A DNA stretch of 60,111 nt, filler included, from Catajapyx aquilonaris (lineage: Eukaryota), in the NCBI GenBank assembly GCA_000934665.2. It is 2 parts of 2 records of this genome, joined end to end, with 100 filler letters (N's around TTAATTAATTAA, not from the genome) between each part and the next. Parts side by side here need not be neighbours in the genome. Positions count along the whole stretch, not along the records: positions 1 to 30,011 come from JYFJ02004700.1; 1 more part is not named here. The stretch is one strand, 5' to 3'. Every line of letters begins with the position of its first letter. The first letter of the stretch is position 1. Shown one piece after another: positions 10,834 to 23,597 of this stretch. The translations under genes were made by a program, and so were the position numbers. The notes under the pieces were generated by a model. It saw nothing but the letters and a program-made list of their open reading frames with translations, searched no databases and had not been told where the DNA came from.

Positions 10834-13800
10834 GCAGGCATTTACACAGTGCAACAACTTGCTGACCTTTCTGACAATACCCGACAGTAATGTGACACCT
10901 TGATGAAATCTGATGACCGGGATTCATCCTCTTGAGGGAATGAATGACGACCCAGAAAATGTTGCACTGTCCGCAGAGAATAGTTCATTTATGAACCATA
11001 ATTATTCACATATTATTTGTTATATTCGCAAGATGAAATGATCCATGATGCGTTATCATCTTGATTGCCATTATAATGTTAGATGTGCTAGTCATCTTAA
11101 GCTTTTAAACGAGAGGCTTAAAGATCACTGGCACACCTGACAAAAAAACGGCTACCTTACTTTAAAAATCATTGAAACAGAACAGACAGATAATGCCGCC
11201 TGCTGGTATTGGGTTGCACAATACGTTCCTCACATACGCATAATGAAGTACAGAAGACAAACAGCCTCTGGTGTATATCCTGGACAATGATGTCAGTGTC
11301 AGTTTTTGTTAGGAAAGGCTCAGCATAAGTTGATTACAATTCAACAACCTGCTAAACATTTCCTGACAACCCCTGACAATAATGGAGATGGAATCTGATG
11401 ATATGACAAGAGATATCCTAGAGAAGTAGATAATTCATTTAATATATTAAGTACCGTATACTTGTACAGGTAGTACGCTGGCACAGCACAACTATTCACA
11501 TGGCTGTGCTCAAAACATATGATAATTTTGCCCCACGATGGGATTGATTACTGTCATTATGACATATGGTTTGCAAAAAAAATCTTATTTCAATATCAGG
11601 ATGGATTTTAATTGGGAAACCACGCAATAAAATGTCTCAATTAGATAATCATGAAAGGGAAAGGCGTTCTCCAAGTAAGAGGACGTGCGGTTGCAATTAT
11701 TGAAAAATGCATAGGCTACACAAGACAAATCAAATATGCCATGGTGTGTCTACTGCTGGCCGATGTCGGTGTCAGTTTTTGTTAGGAAAAGAATAGCACG
11801 CTTGATCACAATCATCTCAAGAACCTGCTAAACTTTCCCTCACAACCCTTGACAATGTTGGGGCTTCTTCGTGGAACCCCAGAAGCAGAGATTCTTCCTC
11901 TTGCTTAGGGGACTGGATGACACAATCGAAAGGAAAGGAAATATATTGTCCGCAAAGAATAATCAATTTCTCATACCTGTTTTTCGGTTGCACAAAAAAT
12001 TATTCACAGAAATGCAGATCGTCTGACCCAATTATAGATTTTCTTCATGATTCTATAGGGCTACATGAGGTTTGACAATAACGGGGAATGGAAAGGACAT
12101 TCTCCTAGATACACATATATCCGTTCAGGTTGGGTTGCGCAATAGGTTATTCAAAAATGTCAATTGTGCCAATACACAAGACAAACGGCACATGATGTGT
12201 TTTTTACATGCTGATGTCACAGAAATTCGTTATGAAAAGGTCCTCCATGCCAGTAAAACGGCTCCCTATGAAATTCATGGACTCAATGGTGGTTCTCAGG
12301 ACATACTAGCTAAGTGCTTTACTATGTTGTATTACAATACACATGATTGATGACTCTTGAGGGAGGGTTAGTCGTGATTGTCATGATAGTATGTTTTGTC
12401 AGAAAAAAATGCAGCATTGTTTATCAGGCTTACATTTTTCGCTAAAAACACGACTAAAATGGCTGCTAGGAGTGTCCTGAAATGAAAAGGTTATTTTCCT
12501 TTGATACCATCACGAAGAGTTGGATAATGCAATAAGGACTGAGTCACAGAAATATATATTCATCCACACTACCAATGGCACATCGTGGGTGGTGTTGTTG
12601 ATTCCCACAATAACATCACATTTGTCAGAAAGAAATCAGCACTCATTATCAGGCTCATTGCATGCTGACAAATATGACATCATCATGGATGGTTCAGAGA
12701 TGCCTGAAATGGAGAGTACGTTCAAGTAGTAAAACCCCCTTGATGTTGGGTTGCACAATAGATTATTCTGAAAGTTCTCGCCCAACTAACTCGACAAATG
12801 CCCAATGATGGAGGTTCTTCATTATTTCCAAGATAAAGTAGAATTAGCAAGGAAGTGTAGCTCTCAATATCAGGCTAACATTTCTCTTGCAAACCCTGCA
12901 GTAAAATGGCTACTAGAGAGAATCCTGAAACAGAAGTGACCGTTTCCTCGCCACGCCTTTTGCGTGTTGGAATGCACAATTACATATTCAAAATGCTGTA
13001 TCTCGTAGGCCAATACACAAGACAAATCATCCTTGTGTGTCTCCTGCGTGCCGATGTCAATGTCAAATTTCGTTAGGAAATGCTCAGTGAGTTATTGATC
13101 ACATCACAACAACCTCCTGAACTTTTCCTGACTCTATCCCTGACAATTTATTGGCATCTTGATGTAATGTGATGACCGGATTCCTCCTCTTGGGTGAACA
13201 TATGATACCTTAGAAAATAAGGTACTGTCAACAGATAATAGATCATTAATTTTCTCATACCCTACGTTCTGCAGAACCATAGGTCACTACGCAAGATAAA
13301 ATGGCCCATGATGCGATATCTTCTTGACTGCCATGATGATATTAGATGTGCCTTAGCAAACAATCGCTTTTAATAACAAGCTAAATAAGTTCACTGGAAA
13401 ATCTGACAATAAAATGGCTCCTTAAGATATCTTTGAAACAGAAATGGTGGTCTCCTTCTAGTGTCGCCTGAGGTGTTGCACAATAAGTTCCTCACAAACC
13501 TTCCATTTAAAAAAACGTGACAGTCAATATCAAGCTGAGGTTTAGCCCCCAAATCTTACAATAAAATAGCTGCATGACAGATGACTTTTCCTTGATATAC
13601 CACTTGGCCTAGGGGCGCAAAATAAGTTATACGCAAATGTACCGTCCAATGCACAAGGCAAGTAGACCATTATGTGTTCCTGGATGCCGAAGTCAGTATC
13701 AGATCTCGTCAAGAGATCTTTAGCAAGTGCTGGTCAAATTTCAACAACTGGCTAAACATCTCCTGACGATCCCTGACAGTAATGTGGAATGTTGATGCAC

Positions 13801-14462
13801 CTGATGGGCCGAGATTATAGGAAGATACTGTAGATGATTCATTAAATCATTAGACAATGTGTTATAGTACGCTAAACAAAGACGCGTTCGTTTCTCGTAC
13901 CCATTTTGCCATGGCACAATAAATTATTCACTGGGCTGTATGTACCTCTGATAATAATCTGTTTGATTACAGTGATAAAATAAATTTTGCAAGAAAAACT
14001 TAAGCTTTCAATATCCGGATGAAGTTTAACTGGCAAACCACACTATAAAATAAATTGCTGCATGAGATAATAATATTCTGAAATGGAAAGGACCTCCTCT
14101 TGGAAAGACAACTTGCAGTTGGGCTTGGGTTGCACAATAATAATTTAAAAATGCCTATTCCAGTACACAAAACAAATGTCCCTGTTAAGGCCCATTCACA
14201 CAGGCCGTCGACGGTTTTGGTTTTGGTTTTGATTTTGGACCAATCAGAGCGGGCCCTCGCCGTCGACGGTTTTGGTTTTCGGTCTCGTCGTCCAAATTTT
14301 TTGATTTCTGTTTTCGGTTTTGGTTTTGGTCGATCTCAAACTGCGACCGGCCAATAGGAGGCCGTGCTTGGGCAGCGCGCATGCGCACTGCCCAAGCGGC
14401 TCATGTAAACATTAAACTGACAAAAGAAGAGCAGCTTGCGCAACTTGGAATCTGAGAAAAAG

Positions 14463-14587
14463 ATGGCCGCCACGGTAGATGACCGTCGGGACAAGGCCCT
14501 TATCGACGAAGGGGAGAGAGGTACAGCCTGCTCTACGAGGTGGGGAAGGCCGAGTATCGGAACAAGGGGAAGCGGGAGAAGGCGTAG
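14463..14587 (+). pseudogene. Remnant of the Harbinger MADF/Myb-like DNA-binding ORF (N-terminus)
   Basis: MAATVDDRRDKALIDE, frameshift, ERYSLLYEVGKAEYRNKGKREKA* resembles the MADF consensus LI..V...P.L(W/Y)D.....Y.N......AW, with TAG where Trp is expected. Confidence 0.6.
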
Positions 14588-14603
14588 TACAGCACGATAT
14601 GGG

Positions 14604-14825
14604 CTAAAGCCCTAGGAAGACCAGGTAAGTTTTATTCAAATGCATCCTGAACCATCCTGCACATGTTCCGAGGGCCGTTCCGAGCGAATTTATGTACGAA
14701 CAGCGCTTGAAATAATGGCAAGGTAGTTCACGTTGCTTCCTCTTCCTTCGAAGGACGAGAAGGGCGCGGAGTAAAACCAGATGGTGCATGTATGCAGCTG
14801 TAAAAAGGACATCCACGTCCGCCAT
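14604..14825 (-). pseudogene. Probable N-terminal remnant of the Harbinger transposase ORF
   Basis: MADVDVLFTAAYMHHLVLLRALLVLRRKRKQR: hydrophobic run then basic run, typical of Harbinger transposase N-termini. Starts ~150 bp inside the right TIR. No DDE core remains. Confidence 0.45.
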
Positions 14826-17800
14826 GTTGCATGCGCGTATGCGGCAGCGGCACTAGCGGCAAAGACCAAAACCGGCCACGCGACGGCCTGTGTGAAACCG
14901 ACAAGCGGAAAAAGTGCGACCGGCACTTCGACGCGACCAAAAACCAAAACCGTCGACGGCCTGCGCGAATGGGCCTTTATTCTGTGAACAATACACATGT
15001 CACAGAACTCAAGTTCCAAACACAAGAGAGAATGGCCCGTGACTGCATTTCTTCTTAATTGCCATGATAATATTAGACTTGAAACACATACAGTATTGTA
15101 CTTCTCAATATCAGACTCTATTTTCTGACAACCCTGACATTAAATTGCATATTTCTAAAATGGGGTTGCTCGATAAGTTTTCTAAATATTCTAGCCCAAT
15201 ACAGCTAATAAATAGCCCATGGTGGGGTCTTCGTGATTTCCATGGTAATATTAGGTTGGCAAGAAAAACATAAGCTGTCAATTTCACGCTGACATTTTTC
15301 TTGCAAACCTGACATTAAAATGGCTGGTTCTGAGATTCCTGAATTGGAAATGATGTTTTCCTAGACCGAGAGTTACCCTTCAGGTTGGGTGGCACAATAG
15401 GTTAGTTATTCAAAAATGCCCTCCAATACACAAAGACAGCCCATGGTGTGTATCCTGCAAGCCGGTGTCAATGTCAAATTTTGTTAGGAAACGTTAAAGA
15501 GCAATTGATAAAAATTCAACAACCTCCTAAACTTTTCCTGACAATCCCTGACATTCAAGTGGTATCTTGATGTAATCTGATGACCAGAGATTCCTCCTCT
15601 TGGGTGAATGGAGGATGGGTTAGAGAACTATACTATAGTCTACCAACTCGTTCATTTCTCATCGAGTTCTATGGAACAATAAAATTGGTCTCAGAGCTCT
15701 AATCAGCACAGAAAATAAGACACCTTAGCAGTAACGATCAGTGAGACGAAAATTCCACCCCATGCAATCCGCTACTGATGATCGATGACTGTCGTGATTG
15801 CCATGATAGTATGTTTTGTCAGAAAAAAAAGTTGAGCTTTGTTTATCAGGCTTAACCTTTTCTCTGACAAACCTGACTATAATATGGCTACTGGGAGTAT
15901 CCTGAAAAGTAGATGATATTTCCTTGATGCCACATAGAGTTGTATAGGACAATCGATCAGGCACACACAAAGATATAGTCAAATACACATTACACATGGG
16001 CCATGGTGGGTGGTCGAGGGTGATTCTCATGATAATATTTATCACGTTTGCCTGAAGGATTTCAGCTCTCACTATCAGGCTGAAATATGTCCGACAATAC
16101 GAGACATCAACATGAATGGTTCAGATATTCCTGAAATGGAAAGGATGTTCCAGTAGCAATACCCTTGAGGTTGCGTTGCACAATAGGTTATTCTAAATGT
16201 TCTATTCCAACACACTTGACGAATGGCCAATGATGGAAGATGCCATGATAAGGCAAGATTTACATGAAAATTTAGATCTCAATATCAGGCTAAAATTCTC
16301 TTGCAAATCCTACAGTAAAATGGCTGCAGGAGAGAATCCTGAAATTTAATGGATGTTTTCTTCGTAATATCGCTTCGCTTTGGGTTACACAATTAGATAA
16401 ACTTATTCAAAAAATTCTCGAGAAATTTTTAATACCGTAGTCCAATACCCAAGACAAATGGTGTCTCCGGCATTCAATGTCAATGCCAGATTTTGTTAGA
16501 AAGGGTTACCGCAGGCATATACCTGTAGCCTAAGCAAAACCCCAGAAGGTCCCCTCAACCGGCCCTCTATATTTGCTCTGTATCCGCTGAGGCTAGGCGT
16601 GCATCCGCAAGGAAGGAAGGTTAGGTTAGGTTATGTTGGTACATGTTACGTGGGCCACTTGGGGTTTGGCAATATGCCTACAGCAGGCATTGTACACAGT
16701 GCAACAACTTGCTAAACCTTTCTGACAGTACCCGACAGTAATGTGACACCTTGATGAAATCTGATGACCGAGATTCATCCTCTTGAGTGAATAAATGACG
16801 ACCCAGAAAATGTTGCACTGTCCGCAGAAAATAGTTCATTTATGATACCTGTTGTTTTTCGGAACCATAATTATTCACATATTATTTGTTATATTCGCAA
16901 GATGAAATGGTCCATGATGCGTTATCATCTTGGTTGCCATTATAATGTTAGACGTGCTAGTCATCTTAAGCTTTTAAACGAGAGGCTTAAAGATCACTGG
17001 CACACCTGACAAAAAAACGGCTACCTTACTTTAAAAATCATTGAAACAGAACAGACAGATAATGCCGCCTGCTGGTATTGGGTTGCACAATACGTTCCTC
17101 ACATACGCATAATGAAGTACAGAAGACAAACAGCCTCTGGTGTATATCCTGGACAATGATGTCAGTGTCAGTTTTTGTTAGGAAAGGCTCAGCATAAGTT
17201 GATTACAATTCAACAACCTGCTAAACTTTTCCTGACAACCCCTGACAATAATGTGGCATCTTGATGGAATCTGCTGATATGACAAGAGATACCCTAGAGA
17301 AGTAGATAATTCATTTAATATATTAAGTACAGGTAGTACGCTGGCACAGCACAATTATTCACATGGCTGTGCTCAAAACATACGATAATTTTGCCCCACG
17401 ATGGGATTGATTACTGTCATTATGACATACGGTTTGCAAAAAAAAACTTATTTCAATATCAGGATAGATTTTAATTGGGAAACCACGCAATAAAATGTCT
17501 CAATTAGATAATCATGAAAGGGAAAGTCGTTCTCCAAGTAAGAGGACGTGCGGTTGCAATTATTGAAAAATGCATAGACCAGTAGGCTACACAAGACAAA
17601 TCAAATATCCCATGGTGTGTTCCTTGCCGATGTCAGTGTCAGTTTTTGTTAGCAAAAGCATAGCAAGCTTGATCACTATCATCTCAAGAACCTGCTAAAC
17701 TTTCCCTCACAACCCCTGACAATGTTGGGGCTTCTTCGTGGAACCCCAGAAGCAGAGATTTTTCCTCTTGCTTAGGGGAATGGATGACACAATCGAAAGG

Positions 17801-18567
17801 AATTGAAAGATATTGTCCGCAAAGAATAATCAATTTCTCATACCTGTTTTTCGGTTGCACAAAGAATTATTCACAGAAATGCAGATCGTCTGACCCAATT
17901 ATAGATTTTCTACATGATTCTATAGGGCTACATGAGGTTTGACAATAACGGGGAATGGAAAGGACATTCTCCTAGATACACGTATATCTCTTCAGGTTGG
18001 GTTGCACAACAAGTTGAAAAGGTCCTCCATCCATGCCAGGCCTACAGGCCTCATGGGCATTGATCACGATATATTCATCAACCCCCTAAATTTTTCATGG
18101 CAATCCCTGACAATAAAGCGGCATCTTGATGTAATCTTATGCCCAGCTATTCCTCCTCTTTACGGGCAACAGATGATGCTTGAGGAAATGAGGCACACTC
18201 CACAGAGAACAGTTCATTTCTCATACATGTTGTTTTGTGGAACCATAAATTACTCACACAGCTCTATTCAGCACGGAAGTTCAAATGGCCCATGAAGGGA
18301 TATCTTCCTGATTATCATGATAAAATAGGTTTGCGAGAATTACTTTGTCTTCAATATCAGGTTGAAATTTAGCGGGCAAATCTGACATTAAAACTGCTCA
18401 CTATGAAATTCATGGACTCAGTGGTTGTTCTCAGGACATACTACATAAGTGCTTCCCTACGTTGTATTACACTACACATGATTGATGACTCTTGAGGGAG
18501 GGTTAGTCGTGATTGTCAAGATAGTATGTTTCGTCAGAAAAAATTCAGCATTGGTTATCAGGCTTAA

Positions 18568-19016
18568 AGGGACACTCCACTCAAAATACAGGTTGGCCCC
18601 CAAAAATCGGGCAAAAAATCCTGATTCCGAATGTGCAATCGGTCTTTTTCTAAGCCCAACGGTAACACGGAAAATCATATATCTATATACACACGTCGTC
18701 CAGCGTCGTCTGCTAAGAAGGGCGATTCAACACCATCCCGCGGCAAACCGGAGAAGTATAACGCGCCGAGTAAACACCTGCCGCGCCAGGCGTGCCCATG
18801 AAGTGCTTGGAGTGCCTGCTCGAGTTCCGCCCGGTTTCCACTCTGGTGGCGCCGCACCTGCGCCCACCGCCCCGCGCGCGGTTTTCGAACGACACAATTC
18901 CAGCTTTCACACTGGCCTTACCGTTCGTCTCTAAGGAAAAACTGCTTATACCTTCGGAATCAGGATTTTTTGCCTGATTTTTAGAACCCAACTTGTATTT
19001 TGAGTGGAGTGTCCCA
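18568..19016. mobile_element. Kolobok-type MITE
   Basis: TTAA TSD (18564-18567, 19017-19020), AG-starting TIR AGGGACACTCCACTCAAAATACA(G/A)GTTGG. Absent at the equivalent site in sister copies (~6400, ~12430). Confidence 0.8.
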
Positions 19017-22000
19017 TTAACGTTTTCACTAAAAACCCGACTAAAATGGCTGCTAGGAGTGTCCTGAAATGTAGAGGTTATTTTCCTCTGATACCACGTA
19101 GAGTTGGATAATGCAATAAGGACTGAGAAATATGGTCACCCATATTACCCATGGCACATCGTGGGTGGTGTTGTTGATTCCAACGATAACATCACCTTTG
19201 TCAGAAAGAAATCAGCACTCATTATCAGGCTCATTGCTTGCTGACAAATATGACATCATCATGGATGGTTCAGAGATGCCCGGAATGGAAAGTATGTTCT
19301 TGTAGTAAAACCCATTGAGGTTGGGATGCACAATAGATTGTTCTGAAAGTTCTAGCCCAACACACTTGACAACTGGCCTATGATGGAGGTACTTCATTAT
19401 TGCCATGATAATGTAGGATTTGCAAGGAACGGTAGCTCTCAATATCAGGCTAACATTTCTCTTGCAAACCCTGCAGTAAAATGGCTACAAGAGAGAATCC
19501 TGAAACAGAAGTGACCGTTTCCTCGCCACGCCTTTTGCGTGTTGGAATGCACATTTAGATATTCAAAATGCTGTATCTAGTAGGCCAATATGCAAGACAA
19601 ATCACCCATGTGTGTCTCCTGCGTGCCGATGTCAATGTCAAATTTCGTTAGGAAATGGTCAGCAAGTTATTGATCACATCACAACAACCTCCTGAACTTT
19701 TCCTGACTATCCCTGACAATTAATTGGCATCTTGATGTAATGTGATGACCAGATTCCTCCTCTTGGGTTAGTGTATGATACCCGAGAAAATTACGCACAG
19801 TCCACAGATAACAGATCATTTCTCATACCCTACATTCTGCAGCACCAATAGGTCACTTCGCAAGATAAAATGGCCCATGATGCGATATCTTCTTGACTGC
19901 CATGATAATGTTAGATATGCTGTAGGGAACATTGCTTTTAATGACAAGCTAAAAAAGCTCACTGGAAAATTTGACAATAAAATGGCTCCTTAAGATATAT
20001 ATTCAACAAGCAGCTAAATTTCCCTGACAATAAAGTGGCATCTCTGATGAAATATCTATGATGACCAGAAATTCATCTTCTTGGGTCAATGGGTGATGAA
20101 TTAAAATGAGTCATTTTACCCCAATAATTATCGTTCTTCACAAATGTAGTGTCCAGTTCACAAGACAAGTAGCCCATGATGTGTTCCTGGATGCCGAAGT
20201 GAGTATCAGATCTCGTCAAGAGATCTTCAGCTATAGTGTTGGTCAAATGTCAACAACTAGCTAAACATCTCCTGAGGATCCCTGACAGTAATGTGGCATG
20301 TTGATGGAATCTGATGACCAGAGATGCCCCCTCTAGGGAAATTAATGATTCATTAAATCATTAGACAATATAGTATGCTAAACAAAGACTCGTTCGTTTC
20401 TCATACCCATTTTTCCGTGGCACAATAAATAATTCACTGGGCTGTACGTATACCTCTCATAATAATCTGTTTGATTACCATGATAAAATATATTTTGCAA
20501 GAAAAACTTAAGATTTCAATATCAGGCTGCAACATTACTTTTCAGGTACAACCTACAATAAAATGGCTGCATGAGATAATTCTGAAATGAAAAGGACCAC
20601 CTGTTGTGAAAGACAACTTGCAGTTGGCCTTGGGTTGCACAATAATTATTGAAAAATGCCTAGTCCAGTACACAAAACACATGTCGCAGAACTCTAGTTC
20701 AAAATACAAGAGAGAATGGCCCGTGACTGCATTTCTTCTTAATTGCCATGATAATATTAGACTTGCAACACATACAGCATTGTACCTCTCAATATCAGAC
20801 TATAATTCTTTTCTCTGACAACCACGACATTAAATTTCAGATTCCTGAAATGGAAAAGTTCTGTTAATAACTCTTGATGGCATGGCGTGCTCAATAAGTT
20901 TTCTAAATATTCTAGCCCAATACAGCTGATAAATAGTCCATGGTGGGGACTTCGTGATTTCCATGGTAATATTAGGTTGGCAAGAAAAACATAAGCTGTC
21001 AATATAACGCTGACATTTTTCTTGCAAACCTGGCATTAAAATGGCTGGTTCCGAGATTCCTGAAATGGAAATGATGTCTTCCTAGAGATCCCCTTCAGGT
21101 TGGGCGGCACAATAGGTTAGTTATTCAAAAATGTCCTTAAGCCAACACACAAGATTAAAAGGCCCATGGTGCGTTGTCCTGCAAGCCGGCGTCAACGTCA
21201 AATTTTATCAGAAAATGTTCAGTATCCATTGATGAAAATTCAGCAAACTCTAAACGTTTCCTGACAACCTCTGACAATAATGTCGCATCTTGATGCCTTC
21301 TGATGACCAGAGATTCCTCCTCTTGGGTGCATAGATGATGCGTTCGAGAACGATACTATATTTTACCAAATCGTTCATTTCTCATACAATTCTATGGAAC
21401 AATAAAATAGTCTCAAGAGCTCTATTCAGCACAGAAAATAAAGTGACTCCTTAGCAGTAACTATGAGTGAAACAAAAATTCCACCTCATGTAATCCGCTA
21501 TTGATGATCGATGACTGTCGTGATTGCCCTGATAGTATGTTTTGTCAGAAAGAAGTTGAGCTTTGTTTATCAAGCTTAACCTTTTCTCTGACAAACCTGA
21601 CTATAAATGGCTGCTGGGAGTATCCTGAAAAGTAGATGATATTTCCTTGATGCCACGTCGAGTTGTATAGGACAATCAGGCCTTCACAAAGATACAGTCA
21701 AATACTCATTACACATGGTCCAGGTGGGTAGTCGAGGGTGATTCCCATGATAGTATCACGTTCGCCTGAAGGATTTCAGCTCTCACTATCAGGCTGAAAT
21801 ATCTCCGACAAACGAGACATCAACATGTATGGTTCAGATATTCCTGAAATGGAAAGGATATTCCAGTAGCAATACCCTTGAGGTTACGTTGCACAATAGA
21901 TTATTCTAAAAGTTCTAGCCCAACACACTTGACAAATGGCCAATGATGGAAGATGCCATGATAAGGCAAGATTTACAAGAAAATTTAAATCTCAATATCA

Positions 22001-22412
22001 GGCTAAAATTCTCTTGCAAATCCTACAGTAAAATGGCTGCAGAAAAGAATCCTAATATTTAATGGATGTTTTCTTCGTAATTTCGCTTCGCTTTGGGTTA
22101 CACAATTAGATAAGCTTATTCAAAAAATTCTCGAGAATTTTTTATTACCGTAGTCCAATATCCAAGACAAATGGTGTCTCCTGCATTCAATGTCAATGCT
22201 ACTGCCAGATTTTGTTAGGAAAGGGTTACCGCAGGCATATACCTGTAAGCAAACCCCAAGAGGTCCCCGCCACCTATATTTGCTCTATATCCGCTGAGGC
22301 TAGGCGTGTATCCGCAAGGAAGGAAGGTTAGGTTCGGTTATGTGGGTACATGTTACGGTGGCCACTTGGGGTTTGGCAGGCAGGCATCGTACACAGCGCA
22401 ACAACTTGCTAA

Positions 22413-22581
22413 AGGGCGGTATCAACGTACGAGATTCTCGCATACGAGGAGCCGCGAGGATCCAACTGCGCATGCCCTGATACGAGAGAGATGAAATTTT
22501 CAACTTTGTCGTATCTGGGCATGCGCAGTTGGCTCCTCGCGGCTCCTCGTATGCGAGAATCTCGTACGTTGATACCGGCCT
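22413..22581. mobile_element. Palindromic Harbinger/Tourist-type MITE
   Basis: ~75-bp near-perfect arms AGGGCGGTATCAACGTACGAGATTCTCGCATACGAGGAGCCGCGAGGA. TSD TAA (22410-22412, 22582-22584). Empty site CTTGCTAAACCT at ~16708 and ~29082. Confidence 0.85.
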
Positions 22582-22841
22582 TAAACCTTTCTGAATATAC
22601 CCGACAGTAATGTGACACCTTGATGGAATCTGATGACCGGGATTCATCCTCTTGAGTGAATAAATGACGACCCAGAAAATGTTGCCCTGTCCGCAGAGAG
22701 AAGTTCATTTATGATACCTGTTGTTTTCCAGAACCATAATTATTAACATATTATTATTGGTTATATTCGCAAGATGAAAAGGTCCATGATGCGTTATCAT
22801 CTTGATTGCCATTATAATGTTAGGTGTGCTAGCAATCTTAA

Positions 22842-23597
22842 AGGAAGGGTTCAGTGATTTTGCATGTTGAGCTTCAAAAATCGAGCAGGACTCTCTGATT
22901 CTGAATATCCGGTCCGTTTTGGTGGCAAATGCACCATAAGCGTAAAATTTCAAGTCAAAGTCGATTTTTTTGAAAATCAGCGCCGAACACGGGTTCCCTC
23001 TAGCGGCAGCGATGGAAGATCCCACATACAACCAAGATGTCCGCCCCCATAGCGACAAACCATGTGCAAGCCAGGTTTTTGTGTTTTCGACCCGAGCGGA
23101 ACCCGCCCTGGGTGCCAAGGGCCATGGGAGTGCAGGGGAGGATGAGAAGGGGAGGCAGAGTGGGAGAGAGGGACGCCAGTGGTCGGACCATGTGAGAGAG
23201 TGATGGCCACGACGGGATACTTCCGTATCAGCTCGAGACTTACCAAGGCGGGTAGTGTCGCGAGGTAAAATCCGGAGAGAGAGAGAGGAGGAATACATTG
23301 CCCACATCTTGGCTGCATGTGACGGCGTCGAAGGAAGGGCCAAGTGATCCATCCACTTATTCCTAGTTCAAAAATTGACTTCGCGGGTAAGCCAACGTCA
23401 GCCCTGGCATGTAACTGGGATCTCCGCGGGTGGCGCTAGCCGTACGCTTACCGTATCGAATACAGTAGCGGAGATTGACTTTCACCTAACAGCATTTGCT
23501 TATGCAGCGTCATATTTAAAAACTGACCACATTTTTGGAATCAGGGAGTCTACCTTGATCTTTGAAGCCCAACATGCAAAATCACTGAACCCTTCCT
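22842..23597. mobile_element. Kolobok-type non-autonomous element
   Basis: TTAA TSD (22838-22841, 23598-23601), TIR AGGAAGGGTTCAGTGATTTTGCATGTTG. Empty site CATCTTAAGCTTT at ~11093, ~16962, ~29314. Confidence 0.85.

Larger units (their letters stand above)
14188..14976. mobile_element. PIF/Harbinger internal-deletion derivative
   Basis: TIR AGGCCCATTC(A/G)C(A/G)CAGGCCGTCGACGGTTTTGGTTTT. 3-bp TSD TTA (14185-14187, 14977-14979). Empty site CCTGTTATTCTGTG at ~27513. Confidence 0.9.
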
